Shown piece by piece: positions 62,826 through 64,000 of a stretch of DNA of 64,000 bases (within the stretch, counting starts at the first letter, position 1; each line of letters starts with the position of its first letter). Source of the stretch: the human T2T-CHM13v2.0 reference genome, Homo sapiens; NCBI RefSeq assembly GCF_009914755.1, contig NC_060926.1. One strand, written 5' to 3'. The notes beneath the pieces were generated by a model. That model worked only from the letters and a program-made list of their open reading frames with translations. It did no database searches and was not told the origin of the DNA. The position numbers were made by a program, and so were the translations under genes.

Positions 62826-64000
62826 ATAAGTTTTCAGCTCATCTGGATAAATACCAAGGAGCACAGTTGCTGAATCATATGGTAAAAGTGTGTTTAATTT
62901 TGTAAAAAGCTGCCAAACTATCTTCTAAAGCAGCTGTATTAGTCCATTTTCACACTGCTGTAAAGAACTGTCAGAGACTGGGTAATTTATACAGGAAAGA
63001 GGTTTAATTGACTCACAGTTCAGCATGGCTGGGGAGGCCTCAGGAAACTTACAATCATGGTGGAAAGCAAAGGGGAAGCAAAGCACTTTCTTCACAGGTG
63101 GCAGGAAGGAGAATGAACACAGGAGGAACTACCAAACACTTATAAAACCATCAGATCTTGTGAGAACTCATTATCATGAGAACAGCATGGAGGAAACCAC
63201 CCCAATGGTCCAATTATCTCCACCTGGTCTCTCCCTTGACATGTGGGAATTATGGGGATTATAATTCAAGATGAGATTTGAGTGGGGACACAAAGCCTAA
63301 CCACATTAGTAGCTATACCATTTTTTCATTCCCACCAGCATTGAATGGGAATTCCTGTTGCTCCACATCCTTGCCAGCATTTGGTGTTGTCAGTGTTTTG
63401 GATTTTGGCCATGCTATTAGGTGTGTACTGGTATCTCATTCTTTTGATTTGCAATTCCCTAATGACATATGATGTGGAACATCTTTCTATATGCTTATTT
63501 GCCATCTGTATATCTTCTTTGGTGAGGTATTTGCTCAAGACTTTTGCCTGCTTTTTAATTGAGTTGCACATTTTCTTGTTGAGTTTTAAGAGTTGTTCTT
63601 TGTATATTTTAGATAATAGTCCTTTATCAGATGTATATTTTGCAAATATTTTCTCCCAGTCTGTGGCTATTCTTTTCATTCTTAAGCATTAATCGATTTT
63701 CAAATGTTGAACCAACCTTGCCAACCTGGGATAAATCTCACTGGGTCATGGTGTACAATTCTTTTTATACATTCTTGGACTCAATTTGCTAATATTTGTT
63801 GAGAGTTTTTACGTCTATATGCATAAGAAATATTGGTCTGTAGTTTCTTTCCTTGCAACGTCTTTGGTTTTGGTATTAGAGTAATGCTGGCCTAATGCTG
63901 AAATGAGTTAGGAAGAATGAGTTAGGAAGTATTAAGTAGTATTAGAATGAGTTAGGAAGTATTCCTTCTGATTCTGTCTTCTGGAAGATATTATAGAGTA
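62826..64000 (-). mobile_element. L1M(A/B-like) ORF2 remnant, antisense, interrupted by a THE1 LTR
   Basis: ORF 63326-63679(-) KRIATDWEKIFAKYTSDKGLLSKIYKE...MANKHIERCSTS.VIRELQIK..RY resembles the C-terminal region of L1 ORF2p. Confidence 0.9.
62935..63308 (-). mobile_element. THE1(C/D-like) solo LTR
   Basis: tgtattagtccattttcacactgct ... gagatttgagtggggacacaaagcctaaccacatta; TSD-like gcagc/gtagc. Confidence 0.92.

Noticed and set aside
63326-63679. 117-aa ORF
   Set aside because: Fragment of L1 ORF2p in a dead element

Overview
This is anthropoid primate (very probably human) non-coding genomic DNA, shown by AluJ/AluS SINEs, THE1/MST/MLT1 MaLR LTRs, ERV1/ERVL solo LTRs, and old L1, L2 and MIR fragments. 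I see no credible protein-coding exon, RNA gene, CRISPR array or prokaryotic system, and the listed ORFs are by-products of repeats or GC-rich DNA. The dominant feature is an ~18.7 kb tandem array (12904-~31622, ~445 units) of a 42-bp monomer, ACACCTCAGGGATGATCCAAG-ACACCTCCTGGTGCAGTGCTC. The monomer is a diverged dimer of 21-mers. Consensus units form a perfect T-box half-site (TCACACCT) at each junction. The array shows ~5.3-5.5 kb and ~1.05 kb higher-order duplications and starts right after a rearranged THE1 LTR junction. The flanks also hold several VNTRs and four short islands, not recognisably repeat-derived, with developmental TF motif clusters (candidate enhancers). Repeat subfamily names were assigned by eye from remembered consensus sequences and need RepeatMasker/Dfam confirmation. 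I cannot identify the locus.
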